From assembly GCA_024709505.1 (NCBI GenBank), contig JANJWP010000003.1:4767-68766 (forward strand): a stretch of DNA of 64,000 nt. Direction: 5' to 3'. The stretch comes from Candidatus Altimarinota bacterium (GTDB taxonomy: Bacteria; Patescibacteriota; Gracilibacteria; BD1-5; UBA2023). Made by a program: the position numbers and the translations under genes. Positions 1-10,335 of this stretch are shown one piece after another (the first letter of the stretch is position 1; each line of letters begins with the position of its first letter). The notes below the pieces were generated by a model, which saw nothing but the letters and a program-made list of their open reading frames with translations, searched no databases and was not told where the DNA came from.

Positions 1-55
1 ACCACCGACCTCAGGGGTATGAATCCTGTGCTCTAACCAGCTGAGCTACATTGGC
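1..55 (-). tRNA. tRNA with CAU anticodon (Met, or Ile2 if lysidine-modified). Only the 5' two-thirds is present; the 3' end lies outside the window.
   Basis: The reverse complement reads GCCAATG/TA/GCTC/AGCTGGTTA/GAGC/A/CAGGA/TTCATAC/CCCTG/AGGTC/GGTGG. This gives the acceptor strand, D arm, anticodon arm (one A-C mismatch), a 5-nt variable loop and the start of the T stem. Anticodon CAT corresponds to plus-strand atg at 19-21. Confidence 0.8.
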
Positions 56-164
56 GTGCCGGGGAATTATAAGCGAAAACCCGGACTGTCAAGGCGAAGA
101 CCACGAATTCGGGGGTCTATCTCAGATAGTTGCATTCGTCCCGGACTCCGCTATCATTGCGACC

Positions 165-644
165 ATGGACGCCCAAAACGCTTCTTGCCAAAAATCCAAA
201 ATCCTTCGGCCTACAAACGGCAGGAAGGGCGAGACCCTTGTCGCCGTAGTCGTCGGGGCCGTAATTCTCGCGCTCGCAATCATGGGACTCGCCTCAATCC
301 TTTCCGGAAACTCGACGCTCGAAGCCGAATACGAAAAAAATCTCCGGGCGTTTCTGTTGGAGCGCAATACCGAGACCGTTTTACGCAAAATCCCGGTTCG
401 GGCGGTTAGCGTGGGACAGGAATTCTTTTTGGAAAAAAACGTCGTTGAGAAACGGTTCTCCATCTTGACCGGAGAAGACTATTCGGACTTCCGATTCGTA
501 AATGATCGGGGCGAAATCCAAGATCCAAGCCGGCCCGGAACCTATCGGAGAACTCTTGTGTTGGAGCAATCCCCCGATATGAACGGCTTCCTCGGGCAAT
601 CCGTAAAAATCGAAGTGGACGAAGTTTTACCCGGAAATCCGTAA
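165..644 (+). CDS. Hypothetical membrane-anchored protein with a hydrophobic, pilin-like but non-canonical N-terminus
   Basis: ATG at 165 inside track ORF 51..644; the upstream part of that ORF overlaps the tRNA. GRKGETLVAVVVGAVILALAIMGL resembles a prepilin leader plus helix but lacks Phe+1 and Glu+5. TAA stop at 642-644. Confidence 0.5.
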   Translation: MDAQNASCQKSKILRPTNGRKGETLVAVVVGAVILALAIMGLASILSGNSTLEAEYEKNLRAFLLERNTETVLRKIPVRAVSVGQEFFLEKNVVEKRFSILTGEDYSDFRFVNDRGEIQDPSRPGTYRRTLVLEQSPDMNGFLGQSVKIEVDEVLPGNP

Positions 645-655
645 CCCTTTTTTTT

Positions 656-979
656 ATGAAATTCGAAATCCAACCGAAACGGTTCTTCCTTTGGACCTAC
701 GTCGCTCTCTCAGCCGCGTTCATCCTTCATGACGTCGCGGTCGATTTCCGTGACGGACTCCTGAAAAAGGTCTACGAATCGGGGAAAACCGATACCATCA
801 ACGCCCTTATCGCGAACGTTGACAATGGAAAATGCGAAGCCGTCAACGTGTATTCCGGGGAAAAGAAGGTCGATCTCATAAACGTGGCATGTTTGAGCGG
901 CGTCGGAAATCAGACTTCATCGACATCTCCGGAACCATTGCCGGAACTTCCCGTTTCGCAAACGGGGACTTCCGACTAA
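656..979 (+). CDS. Hypothetical small membrane protein
   Basis: ATG ORF of 107 aa with an N-terminal transmembrane (TM) segment FFLWTYVALSAAFIL. TAA stop at 977-979, overlapping the convergent gene's stop. Confidence 0.5.
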   Translation: MKFEIQPKRFFLWTYVALSAAFILHDVAVDFRDGLLKKVYESGKTDTINALIANVDNGKCEAVNVYSGEKKVDLINVACLSGVGNQTSSTSPEPLPELPVSQTGTSD

Positions 980-1773
980 TCGCGAATGCAGACGTAGGTA
1001 TACGAAGCGCTCGCGTCGGACGCGTTGCATATCCCCCGCCCGGAAACGTAGGACGAATATCCGGTCGGGCAGTTTTGTCCGCCGGTTTTCGGATTGTTCA
1101 ACGCGGGGCAGTTCGTACTCGGGGTCGTGAACGTTCCTCCGAAAATTTCTCCCCATTCCGAGAGGCAATTCCCGTTCAGGCACGTTTCGATCGCGTTCAC
1201 CGCTCCGCTCACGCTGAGCCGAAAGCTTCCAGGAACCGTTCCAATTCCGACGTTTCCTCCATCCGGCGCGGCGGCGATGCTCGGATTGGCATACGAAGAA
1301 CCGACGTAATAATACTGCATCGAGTCTCCGGATCCGAGAAATCCGAATCCCCCAAGACTGGACCCCGAGTGCCCCTCGGCCAAATATCCGAACGTCCATC
1401 CGCTTGCGTCCCCTTGGGTTACGATCGATCCAGAACCCCCTCATATGCGGATGGGCCGCGAGTATCCCGCATCGAAAACCGAAGCTCCGGAAACCGACAA
1501 CGCCGCCGAAGACGTAAGCGCGCCGATTCCCACGCTGCCTCAGGAGAATGAAAACGTCGAAACGCGCGCGTCTAAATCAACGAGGCTATCGATGACCTTG
1601 TTCCAGAGTGTGGCGGTAAGATTTTCGGTTCCTCACGCCCTCGGATAGGCGTAGTCGGAGTCGGAAAAAGACTGGAACGCGCCATATCCCGCCGAAACGG
1701 CGAAAAGCACCGAAGCGAAAACGAACGCCGAGAAGGCCGAACGCCGGGCGGAAGTCTTAAATTTGGAAGCCAT
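976..1773 (-). CDS. Secreted Gly/Ser-rich protein, 265 aa, with 3 sense UGA codons
   Basis: Track ORFs 976..1383 and 1633..1839 are in one frame and are joined through TGA at 1441, 1540 and 1633. ATG at 1773. N-terminus MASKFKTSARRSAFSAFVFASVLFAVSAG is signal-like. TAG stop at 976-978. Confidence 0.7.
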
Positions 1774-1790
1774 AAAAAGAAGGTGACGGG

Positions 1791-3053
1791 CTATTCCGGA
1801 ACGATGCAGGCTCACTCTATCGGTCAGCCCCACGTCCACTCGCAGGCGGGCGGATTGGGAAGACCGGGTTTCGGAACCGAAAAATCAAGGCTTTTCGAAC
1901 GGTAACTTCCAGCGGGATCGACGATGACGTCCACGCCGTGGAACCGAATCGTTTCCGGACGCGAGTCGTCAATCGCGGCGACGTAGGCCAAAGTTCCGGT
2001 GGCAGTTTCGACACCAAGGGAATACTTCAGGTGCGTCCTTCCTTCCGAAGCCCCTTCCGGATACGAGAAGAATACGGCGAAAGAGCGGTTTTGAAAATCG
2101 AACGGCTTAGCTCCGTCGCCGGACGCCCTGCTCCCGGAAAGCGAGAGATCGTTTTGAAGGTATCCGGTCCCCGAAGCGATGCCCGCACGCTCCTCGGAGG
2201 CAATGGCAACGAGTTGTCCGGCTTCGGCAAGCGCTCCGGTGTCGAATTCGACGACCCGCACCGAAAAAGTCCCGTCGGCGGATATCCGGAGATACCCTTC
2301 GGAAACCTCCCCCAAACGAATGAACGGAGGATCGGCGTTATGGGGGTTTTTTCCGATGGTCGCAAGGGTTTTCGGGGAATTCCAAAAGGCGTTCTGCCAC
2401 CCCGCTCAAAAACGAACCATGCCTACGACGCCCGTCCTGGCGCTGGCATCGTCGTCGAAATAGCCGGAAGGATAGGCGATCGAACCGGTCGATCACGTTC
2501 GAAAATCGTCGGAATCGAGATTGCTATCGAATTCGGAAAAATCGGGGGGCAACCCAAAACTAACGAACGTGGCGTCCGGATCGGAAAAAGTTCCGGAGAG
2601 AGTTTGGGCGCTCCGCGAGGGATTCATGTCGAGCGAATTCGAGTATGATCCGGTGGAAAACGTGGAAAAATCCTCGGAATATTCGAGTACGAACGGAATG
2701 CCCGAAGAAGGGGTCGCTACGCAGGCGAGATTTCCGCTCAAAACCGCCGCTTCGGCGGGAACCGCTTCAATCGACGAGCCTTCGACGGTTCCGCTGAAAA
2801 CGACGTTTTCCGGGCACTTCCGGGCCGGCGAAAATCCTCACCCGCTCGAATTCGCCGCAATCGACCAAGCGAACGCGGCATCGGCCTTGGCCGAAAGGTT
2901 CTTCGACATTTTGGAGTCGTAGGTCTGAAACCGGAGGTTTTCAAAAAGGATTTCCGACTTTGAGAGATACAGGTATCAAAGCCCCATCGCCAAAACGGTG
3001 AGGAATATGGCATAAGCGAGGACGTTCGCGTCCCGGTTCCGGAAATCGGCCAT
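1791..3053 (-). CDS. Membrane-anchored extracellular protein, 420 aa, 6 sense UGA; downstream of a pilin gene
   Basis: Track ORFs 1824..2315 and 2493..2741 plus the intervening stretches share one frame. In-frame TGA at 1812, 1824, 2406, 2493, 2838 and 2976. ATG at 3051-3053, then TM VLAYAIFLTVLAMGLGYLYL. TAG stop at 1791-1793. Confidence 0.65.
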
Positions 3054-3058
3054 GGAAT

Positions 3059-3661
3059 TTAAAATACGACGTTGACGGATAGGGGAAATTCGGGGATTTC
3101 GAATTCGGGCCTCCCTATCCATTCATCCCTATGGGAAGAATAAAAAGACAGTTGGATATCGGCCAAACTTCCCGAATTGTATTCTTCGGCCGAAAGCGAA
3201 GCCATCGAAATGCCTTCGAACGCCGATTCCGGATAAAGGGGGACCGAAAAGGCGGTTTGAGGTTCGAAAAGCACCGCCCGAACCTGCGCGGAAGTAAGTT
3301 CCTGTCCGATGAGAAACCGTTTCCTATAGGTTCCATCGGACACCGAAACCAACCGGTATTGCGAAGGCGCGTCCCCCTCCTCTGCCACGCCCAAAAGGAT
3401 TCAGGCGGTCTTTCCGGAATTGGTGAACACGGCGTAGTCGAAAGATCAGGAACCGAAAACGCGTACCGATGGAAATACCGAAGAAACCGTTGCGAGCTTG
3501 GAGAGCGCATCGGTAAGGGAAACATGGGTTTGGCTCCTCGTTTTAGCCAAAGAAAGCGCTTCGACGGCGCGTGAGGCCAAGCCAATCGTCCCTCCGAGCA
3601 ACGTCGCGGATATGGCGATTGCCACGACGATTTCGGAGAGCGTATAGCCCCTTGTTTCCAT
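3059..3661 (-). CDS. Type IV pilin-like / pseudopilin protein, 200 aa
   Basis: The N-terminus METRG|YTLSEIVVAIAISATLLGG matches the prepilin cleavage/methylation motif G|(F/Y)TLxE followed by a hydrophobic helix. Track ORFs 3059..3394 and 3446..3661 join through TGA at 3401 and 3446. TAA stop at 3059-3061. Confidence 0.8.
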
Positions 3662-3802
3662 GAAACGCGACGATTAGGTTGGTCTTTGCCCGAAGATGGT
3701 ATCGGAACTGCGGCGGTTTTCAAGAAACCATGGGTGGAAATGCCTTGCGAAAAACCGTAGGTACCGCATACTGTGGAAGATTTTTTCCTTTTCCACTCGA
3801 AA

Positions 3803-4585
3803 ATGCCGGGCGTAAAATTTTCCAAATCCGCCTTTTCCCTCATGGAAATCGTCGTGTCGGTGGCGATTTTGGGAATCCTTTCGCTCGTGGGAATCCTTTC
3901 GTATTCGGAATCCTTTTTTTCCAGCAAGGACGCGGTTCGGATTTCGGATCTCGAACGAATTCAGGCAGCCCTCCGGAACGAAAAGCAAAAGGGCGGAGCC
4001 TATCCGAAACCCGGACGTTCCTTCGCGCTCGTGGCCTCGGGAGCCTCCAATCCCGTCGCCCATCAGGGAATCTTCGATTCGAAAGCTTGCGGCGACAGTC
4101 TTTCGGGCGTTCCGACCGATCCGGTCACGAAACTCCATTATCCGTATTCGGTTCGAACGGGTCAGCAAACGTACCAGGTAGCCGCCATACAGGAAGAATC
4201 GGAGACGCGGGCCGTCGTTCTTGGGGATTACCTGCCCGCCGCCCCAACGGTTCTCCCTTCCCTCCTTGTGGCCGTTAACGCCGAACCGGGAACCTGCGTC
4301 GAAATTCGCGACGGAATTTCGGGCGGATGCGGGAACGGTTCGGAAAATCGGAAAAAATTCGTTTTGAACGGAAGTCGATCGAACCTCCCTTACGATGGAG
4401 ACGGACAGCCGTTCTCGGGTGCCACGAGCTTTGAAGAGGCCTTTTCCTGATCGGGAGTTTCCACTCCGGGAAACCCACGGCATGGGGATTGCGGAGAAAT
4501 CCGGGAATCGGGCGATTACGTCGGAAGCGGCGAATACCGCATCGTGGACGAATGGGGAACCAAACAAACGGCCATTTGCGAATAG
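3803..4585 (+). CDS. Type IV pilin-like protein, 260 aa
   Basis: MPGVKFSKSA|FSLMEIVVSVAILGILSLVGIL is a prepilin-type leader with Glu+5. ATG at 3803 inside track ORF 3773..4450. Reading through TGA at 4448 gives 44 more codons to TAG at 4583-4585. It is divergent from the minus-strand pilin operon. Confidence 0.75.
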
Positions 4586-4609
4586 CTTCCGCGAGGACGA
4601 AGGAATTAT

Positions 4610-4637
4610 TTGACCGGAACCCCTTTTCCCCTACAAT
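4610..4637 (+). promoter_or_regulatory. Candidate sigma70-type promoter for fusA
   Basis: TTGACC (4610-4615), 16-nt spacer, TACAAT (4632-4637), about 50 nt upstream of the fusA ATG. Confidence 0.45.
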
Positions 4638-4687
4638 CTCCCCGTTCATCGTAACGCCTTCTTTTTTTAGTCCCATTTTCTCTTCGT

Positions 4688-6826
4688 ATGGCCATCTCCA
4701 CGGACCTGAAGAACATCCGTAACTTCGGTATCGCCGCGCACATCGACGCCGGTAAGACCACCACTTCCGAACGCATCCTTTTTTATTCCGGAAAATCCCA
4801 CAAAATCGGTGAAGTCCACGACGGTGGCGCCACCATGGACTGGATGGAACAGGAAAAAGAACGCGGAATCACCATCACCGCGGCCGCTACCACCACCGAA
4901 TGGAAGGGCAAGCAATTGAACCTCATCGACACCCCAGGGCACGTTGACTTCACCATCGAAGTAGAACGCTCGATGCGCGTCCTTGACGGGGCGGTTGCCG
5001 TTTTCGACGCTTCGCAAGGCGTCGAACCCCAGTCGGAAACCGTTTGGAAACAGGCCGACAAATACGTCGTTCCTCGCATCGCCTTCGCGAACAAAATGGA
5101 TAAGACCGGCGCGTCGTTCAAGATGACCCTCGAATCCATCAAAACCCGCCTCGCAGGAAATAAGGTCGTGGCGATCCAGCTCCCGATTGGCGAAGAAGGT
5201 GATTTCTCGGGAATCATCGACCTCGTAAAAATGAAGGCCTACAAGTTCGAAGGCAAGATGGGCGAGCAGGTCATCGAATTCGACATTCCGGAATCCTATA
5301 AGGCCGAAGCGGAATCTTTCCGCGAGCAGGTCATCGAAAAAGCGGCGGAACAGACCGAAGAACTCATGAACGCCTATCTCGAAAACGGCACCCTCTCGAT
5401 CGAAGAAATCAAGCAAGGACTCCGCATCGGCGTCATCTCCAATTCCGTTTACCCCCTCATGTGCGGATCGTCGCTCATGAACAAGGGCGTGCAGCTCGTT
5501 CTCGACGCGGTCGTGGACTACCTCCCCTCGCCGATCGACGTTGACGGCGGAACCATCTCCGGAACCGACGTTGACGACGTGGAAAAGAAGATCACTTTCA
5601 AGCAAGATCCGAAGGAGCCGCTTTCCGCGCTCGCCTTCAAGATCGCGACCGACCCGTTCGTCGGACGCATCACCTTCGTTCGCGTTTATTCCGGAACGCT
5701 CAAATCCGGTTCCTACGTCCTCAATCCGATTTCGGGCCAAAAGGAACGCATTGGGCGCCTCCTTCAAATGCACGCCAACCAGCGTCAGGAAATCGACGAA
5801 ATCCCGGCCGGCAACATCGGTGCCGTCATTGGCCTTAAGGACACGAAGACCGGAGACACTCTCTGCGACGTCGAAAAACCAATCGTTCTCGAGCGCATGG
5901 AATTCCCGGAACCGGTCATCTCCATCGCGGTCGAACCGAAGACCAAAGCCGACCAGGAAAAAATGGGCATGGCCTTGAACAAGCTCGCCGAAGAAGATCC
6001 GTCCTTCCGCGTTACCTCCAATGCCGAAACCGGACAAACGATCATCTGGGGAATGGGAGAACTCCACCTCGAAATCATCGTTGACCGCATGAAGCGCGAA
6101 TTCAAGGTCGAATCCAACGTCGGAGCCCCGCAGGTCGCCTACCGCGAAACCATCACCATGCCGGTTGCCGATCAGGATACCAAGCACTCCAAGCAGACGG
6201 GTGGTCGTGGTCAATACGGCCACGTCGTCATCTCCTTCGAACCGATTCCGGCCGAAGAGCGCAAGGCGAACCCGGAATTCAAGGAAGAAAACGTTTTCGT
6301 CAACAAAATCGTTGGCGGCGTCGTTCCGAAGGAATACATCCCGGGCATCGAAAAGGGCCTCCGCGCCGCTTGGTCTCGCGGAATGATTGCCGGCTATCCG
6401 GTCGTAGACGTTCGTGCCACCCTCACCTTCGGTAGCTACCATGACGTAGACTCCAACGAACTCTCCTTCAAGCTCGCCGCTTCCAAGTGTTTCCGCGAAG
6501 CTGCCAAGAAGGCGAAGCCGATCCTCCTCGAACCGGTCATGCTCGTCGAAGTCAACACTCCGGAAGAATACATGGGTGAAGTTCTCGGCAACCTCAACTC
6601 CAAGCGCGGTCAGATCACCGAAATGACCGAACGCGGAATGGCCAAGATCGTTCGCGCTTACGTACCGCTTTCGGAAATGTTCGGCTACTCCACCGACCTC
6701 CGTTCCTCTTCCCAGGGACGCGCGACCTACACCATGGAGTTCTCGCACTACGATCCGGTTCCGTCCAACATCACGGAAAAAATCCGCGCTGAACGCGGCG
6801 TGAAATTCGAAGAAGACGAAGAATAG
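4688..6826 (+). CDS. fusA: Translation elongation factor G
   Basis: 712 aa, with [36 protein letters not shown] and DTPGHVDF GTPase motifs and full EF-G domains. TAG stop. No internal UGA. Confidence 0.97.
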   Translation: MAISTDLKNIRNFGIAAHIDAGKTTTSERILFYSGKSHKIGEVHDGGATMDWMEQEKERGITITAAATTTEWKGKQLNLIDTPGHVDFTIEVERSMRVLDGAVAVFDASQGVEPQSETVWKQADKYVVPRIAFANKMDKTGASFKMTLESIKTRLAGNKVVAIQLPIGEEGDFSGIIDLVKMKAYKFEGKMGEQVIEFDIPESYKAEAESFREQVIEKAAEQTEELMNAYLENGTLSIEEIKQGLRIGVISNSVYPLMCGSSLMNKGVQLVLDAVVDYLPSPIDVDGGTISGTDVDDVEKKITFKQDPKEPLSALAFKIATDPFVGRITFVRVYSGTLKSGSYVLNPISGQKERIGRLLQMHANQRQEIDEIPAGNIGAVIGLKDTKTGDTLCDVEKPIVLERMEFPEPVISIAVEPKTKADQEKMGMALNKLAEEDPSFRVTSNAETGQTIIWGMGELHLEIIVDRMKREFKVESNVGAPQVAYRETITMPVADQDTKHSKQTGGRGQYGHVVISFEPIPAEERKANPEFKEENVFVNKIVGGVVPKEYIPGIEKGLRAAWSRGMIAGYPVVDVRATLTFGSYHDVDSNELSFKLAASKCFREAAKKAKPILLEPVMLVEVNTPEEYMGEVLGNLNSKRGQITEMTERGMAKIVRAYVPLSEMFGYSTDLRSSSQGRATYTMEFSHYDPVPSNITEKIRAERGVKFEEDEE

Positions 6827-6842
6827 TCGAAGTTCCAACCAT

Positions 6843-6876
6843 AAAACCCCGTCCGATTTTTTCCGGACGGGGTTTT
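6843..6876. terminator. Intrinsic terminator between fusA and the convergent gene
   Basis: 13-bp stem AAAACCCCGTCCG / CGGACGGGGTTTT with an 8-nt loop and flanking A/T runs, so it is usable in both directions. Confidence 0.8.
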
Positions 6877-6908
6877 ATAAAGAAAATTCCAAAGGAAGCG
6901 GAATATGG

Positions 6909-7313
6909 TTACGCCATCATCGCGAGAGCCGAAGCCAATTGGGCATCTTTGGATGATTTCTTTGAAATCCCCGAAAAGGTTTCCCGGGGAATTTCGTATT
7001 CCCGGGAGAGTGCGTCGTAATCGCGCGCTTCAATAAGCGCTTTCGCCAATACCGTGAGCCGCCGGCGCTTGCCGAAAAACTTCTGCAACGCCGAAAACCC
7101 TTCCGAGTCCAAGTGGTGAACGATTCCATCAATAACGTACGAATGCGTTGGGGCGGAGGTTTTTCCTCTCATGTCGATTCCGTCATTGAAAACGCCGTCT
7201 ATCGTTCGATAATACCCCCTTCTCGCCCTTTCGGAAACCTTTCGGGCAGCCGGGTCTTTTTCAAGGGGAATCCGGATCGAAATCCCTCCTTCTATATGGG
7301 TGACGTATTCCAT
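6909..7313 (-). CDS. Hypothetical protein, 134 aa
   Basis: ATG-to-TAA ORF with protein-like composition. No family recognised. Confidence 0.55.
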   Translation of the reverse strand: MEYVTHIEGGISIRIPLEKDPAARKVSERARRGYYRTIDGVFNDGIDMRGKTSAPTHSYVIDGIVHHLDSEGFSALQKFFGKRRRLTVLAKALIEARDYDALSREYEIPRETFSGISKKSSKDAQLASALAMMA

Positions 7314-7371
7314 GGTAAAAAGCGGTTCGGGGAAATGATATCCAATTCGGGCGACAATGGAAGCGGTGAAC

Positions 7372-7408
7372 TGGAAAATGAAAAGCGCCCCCGTTTCAGG
7401 GGCGCTTT
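7372..7408 (-). terminator. Intrinsic terminator downstream of CDS 7441..7830
   Basis: On the minus strand: AAAGCGCCCC-TGAAACG-GGGGCGCTTT followed by TCATTTTCC. It starts about 32 nt after the TGA at 7441-7443. Confidence 0.7.
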
Positions 7409-7440
7409 AGGCGGAGCGGGATTTCGTCGTCACCGAGGAA

Positions 7441-7830
7441 TCAGGAATTCCCGGTGAGAAGGTTGCCCGCCACGTTGCGGTTGAGCGTGAGACGGAAGCG
7501 GGTATGCCCCTCGCCCACGACCGTGAGCGTGAGAAGTCCGGAGTCGATGGCGTACCGAACGAAATCGCGCCAGACCGGAAACGTGCGCTCGCTCGGACGG
7601 ACCGCTTCAAGCGAATCGGGATCAGTGTCGGGAAAGTCGCGGATTTCGAATTTCGCATCATCCGAAACCAGATCGCTGACCTTGGAAGGCTTCTCCACCC
7701 CCTCGTGGGAAACCACGAGGAGCAGGTATTTGCGGTCGGAGAGAAGGGCGTTGACGGCCCCAAGGGCGACGCTGCGCAAATCGGCAAGCTGGGACTCGGT
7801 CAGGTTTTTTCGGACCAGGCTTTCGCTCAT
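7441..7830 (-). CDS. Hypothetical protein, 129 aa; apparent stop is UGA
   Basis: ATG at 7828-7830 preceded by AAAGGAA. The ORF ends at TGA 7441-7443. Under strict table 25 the next in-frame stop is TAG at about 6748, across two terminators and another gene (see findings). Confidence 0.6.
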   Translation of the reverse strand: MSESLVRKNLTESQLADLRSVALGAVNALLSDRKYLLLVVSHEGVEKPSKVSDLVSDDAKFEIRDFPDTDPDSLEAVRPSERTFPVWRDFVRYAIDSGLLTLTVVGEGHTRFRLTLNRNVAGNLLTGNS

Positions 7831-7947
7831 GGCAATTCCTTTCGGTTTTGGTTTTGGACTGCGAATTTATATGGAAAAAACATTATTGGTCAAGATGTTC
7901 CGCAAAAGGCCATTCGGAATTTGGGGCGGCACGAGTAGCATGGTGCC

Positions 7948-8538
7948 ATGAACCCCGAATACGTGCGGTCGGAGGGATATCCCCTTTTCTACCAAAAACC
8001 CTATCATTGCGCCATGGCCTGCCTGCAAATGGCGGTATTCCGACGTACCGGCAGGCTTTTTGACCAAGAATGGCTCGGAGCGCGCTTCGGAGTGTCCGTT
8101 CCCTCATCGGAAGCATCGACGTTCCGATATGCCCTGAATTTCCTTCTTCCCGACAGCTTTTTACGAGAAGGGATATCAACCGTCGATTCCACCCAGGCGA
8201 TGAATCGGTTTTTCGACGAATTCAACCTTCCGCTGGAGGCGCGGGCCATACGCCCGTGCGATTCCGAATTCGACCGGCTCGAAGAAAGAGTTTTCGAATG
8301 GATCAACGGTGGGGCGGACGTTTGGACCGAATTCGTCGTTGGCGAAAAAGGCTCGGCGAACGCCTATTCCCACGATTGCCTGGTCGAAAAAATCGACCTT
8401 CGTTCGAAAAGCGTTTCACTGCTCGATCCGGATCCCCGTGGCGAAAACCATAAAAAAATCTCTGTCGAAGAATGGAAAAACCGAATGTCCGGAGAATACG
8501 GAAGACCGACGGGGATCGTCTTGCTTTTTCCAAAATAG
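7948..8538 (+). CDS. Putative papain-like cysteine peptidase (C39-like fold)
   Basis: 196 aa. The spacing of Q..YHCAMACLQMAV (Gln/Cys) and a later YSHDCLVEKID (His/Asp) resembles C39-like peptidases. TAG stop. Function inferred from motifs only. Confidence 0.55.
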   Translation: MNPEYVRSEGYPLFYQKPYHCAMACLQMAVFRRTGRLFDQEWLGARFGVSVPSSEASTFRYALNFLLPDSFLREGISTVDSTQAMNRFFDEFNLPLEARAIRPCDSEFDRLEERVFEWINGGADVWTEFVVGEKGSANAYSHDCLVEKIDLRSKSVSLLDPDPRGENHKKISVEEWKNRMSGEYGRPTGIVLLFPK

Positions 8539-8619
8539 TCACTAAAAACAATGGTGAACGATTCATGTCGCATGCATCGGTTCATTTTTGAAAAACCAAA
8601 ATAAGGGAAGGAGTTCGTC

Positions 8620-10323
8620 ATGAAACGGATTTGGAACGATATCTCGCTCCGCACGAAATTCATGCTGCTGGCCGGCATGCTCATCGTCATCATCATCGGA
8701 CAGGGGACGGTCGGCGGGTTCGCCGTGAAATCCTACTTCGAAAAAACCGAAGCCGGATACGAACAGGGTACCGTGCCAATCCGCATCATCGGTCAAATAC
8801 TTGAGCGGATGTCCGATAACCGCGCGCAAGTGTTCGGCGCCCTCCAACACAACCCGGCACGGGAAGAATCCCGATTTCATGACCATCCGGTTTCCGAGCA
8901 CGTCAGAAGCATCGAGAAAAACGTCGAGCGGATAAACGAGCTCATCGAAGAATACAAAAAGCATCCGGTTTTCCCGGAAGAAGCGGCGCTCCTGAAAGAG
9001 TTCGAAGAAAAGCGTTCGGCATACGCCATGAAGATTTTGCGCGCAAAATCGAACCTGAACGAAGAGCTCTGGATGGAAACGGCCGCACTGCTTCGCGAAA
9101 TCAACCAAAACTACGAAGCCGCCCGGCAGGCCGGGAACGCTCTCTCCAAATTTTTGGAAGGGCGGGCGGAAAAAAGCGTCATCGCCAACCGCGAAGACTA
9201 CGAATTGCGAGTGCTCATGACGATCGTCGGAGTTCTCGGATCGGCCGTTTTCGGAACGGGCATCAGTCTCATCACGATCGTTTCGTTCCGTTCGCGAATC
9301 GGAAAACTCACCGAGATGGTCGCGAACGTCGAGCGATCCAAAGACCTCACCCTTCCGGTGTCGATCAATGGACGGGACGAAATCGCGGGAATCGCGAAGA
9401 GCTTCGAGAGCCTCGTTGCCGCGGTTCGGGAAAGCGTTGGCGAAATAAAGCGCGAAGCGTCGGAAGTAGCCCAAGGGACCGAAGGAATCCGGTCGGCGAC
9501 GAAGGAAATTCAATCTTCCAACGGCTCGCTCTCCGATTCCGTCGCCCAAAGCGCCGCCACGAGCGAAGAACTCTCGGTCAGTATCGCCGAGGTCGGGGCG
9601 GGCGCCCACGCCGTGAGCGAACTCGTCGGCAACGTCACGAGAAAACTCGTCTCGGAAAGTGCTGCCGAAGTACGAAAAGCCGTCGAGGAACTGGGAAACG
9701 CTTCGCATGCGGTACACCGTTCTGACGCTGAAGTGGAAGAACTGTTCCGTGCTTCCGAAAAAATCGGCCGACTGGCCGATTCGATTGGAAATATCGCGCA
9801 ACAAACCAATCTTCTCGCTCTGAATGCCGCCATCGAAGCGGCGCGGGCGGGCGAGGCCGGGCGGGGATTCTCCGTCGTTGCCGACGAAGTCCGGAAGCTT
9901 TCGGAACACACTTCGCAAGCGACGAAAGAATCCATTGCCGCCATTGCCGACATCCAACACCGGATGGGCGCGCTCCGGGAAGTCATGAAAGAGAGCGTCT
10001 CGCAAATAGAATCGGGCGAGACAATCGGAAAAACGGCGGTAAAAACGCTGGCGGAAGCAGAAAAAAGCAGCGGACAGGCGGCTGAACAAGTCGCCGAGAT
10101 GTCGGCGGCAGTAAACGAGCAGGTTCGGGCCGTCGAAGGACTCTCAAATCAGCTCGAACGCATTGCGGCGGCTTCGGAAGAAGCCAGTTCACAGGCGCGC
10201 CTTTCCTCCGAACTGACCGATCGAGTCCATCATGCCACCGCTTCCTTGCGGAATGCGGTAGACAGATTCAAATCGTGACGGACAAAAGCCGACCTCCGGG
10301 ATTTTCCCGGAGGTTTTTTTTAA
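8620..10323 (+). CDS. Methyl-accepting chemotaxis protein
   Basis: SD AAGGAG 7 nt before the ATG. N-terminal TM, a second TM plus HAMP-like region, and the highly conserved signalling hairpin [36 protein letters not shown]. The standard ORF ends at TGA 10276-10278. Table 25 adds 14 codons to TAA 10321-10323, running through the terminator. Confidence 0.9.
10293..10321. terminator. Intrinsic terminator shared by MCP (+) and proB (-)
   Basis: CCTCCGGG-ATTTTC-CCGGAGG followed by an 8-T run and then an A run. Confidence 0.75.
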
Positions 10324-10335
10324 AAAAAGGGCGGG

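Noticed and set aside
3674-4567. A 297-aa minus-strand ORF and the 3679..4278 plus-strand ORF in the pilin region.
   Set aside because: Both overlap the plus-strand pilin gene (3803..4585), which has a clear prepilin leader. Their translations are Arg/Gly/Phe-rich with no recognisable features.
4667-6838. A 723-aa ORF antisense to fusA. Similar long antisense ORFs occur at 8563..10089, 18043..19743, 24034..24909, 28330..29787, 39670..41265, 45073..46476 and 50280..51917.
   Set aside because: Each lies exactly opposite a well-supported gene (fusA, MCP, uvrB, prfA, giant ORF, large ORF, methyltransferase, groEL). Their translations are Arg/Gly/Phe-rich and low in complexity. Codon bias on the sense strand (few TTA/CTA/TCA codons) removes stops from the codon-aligned antisense frame.
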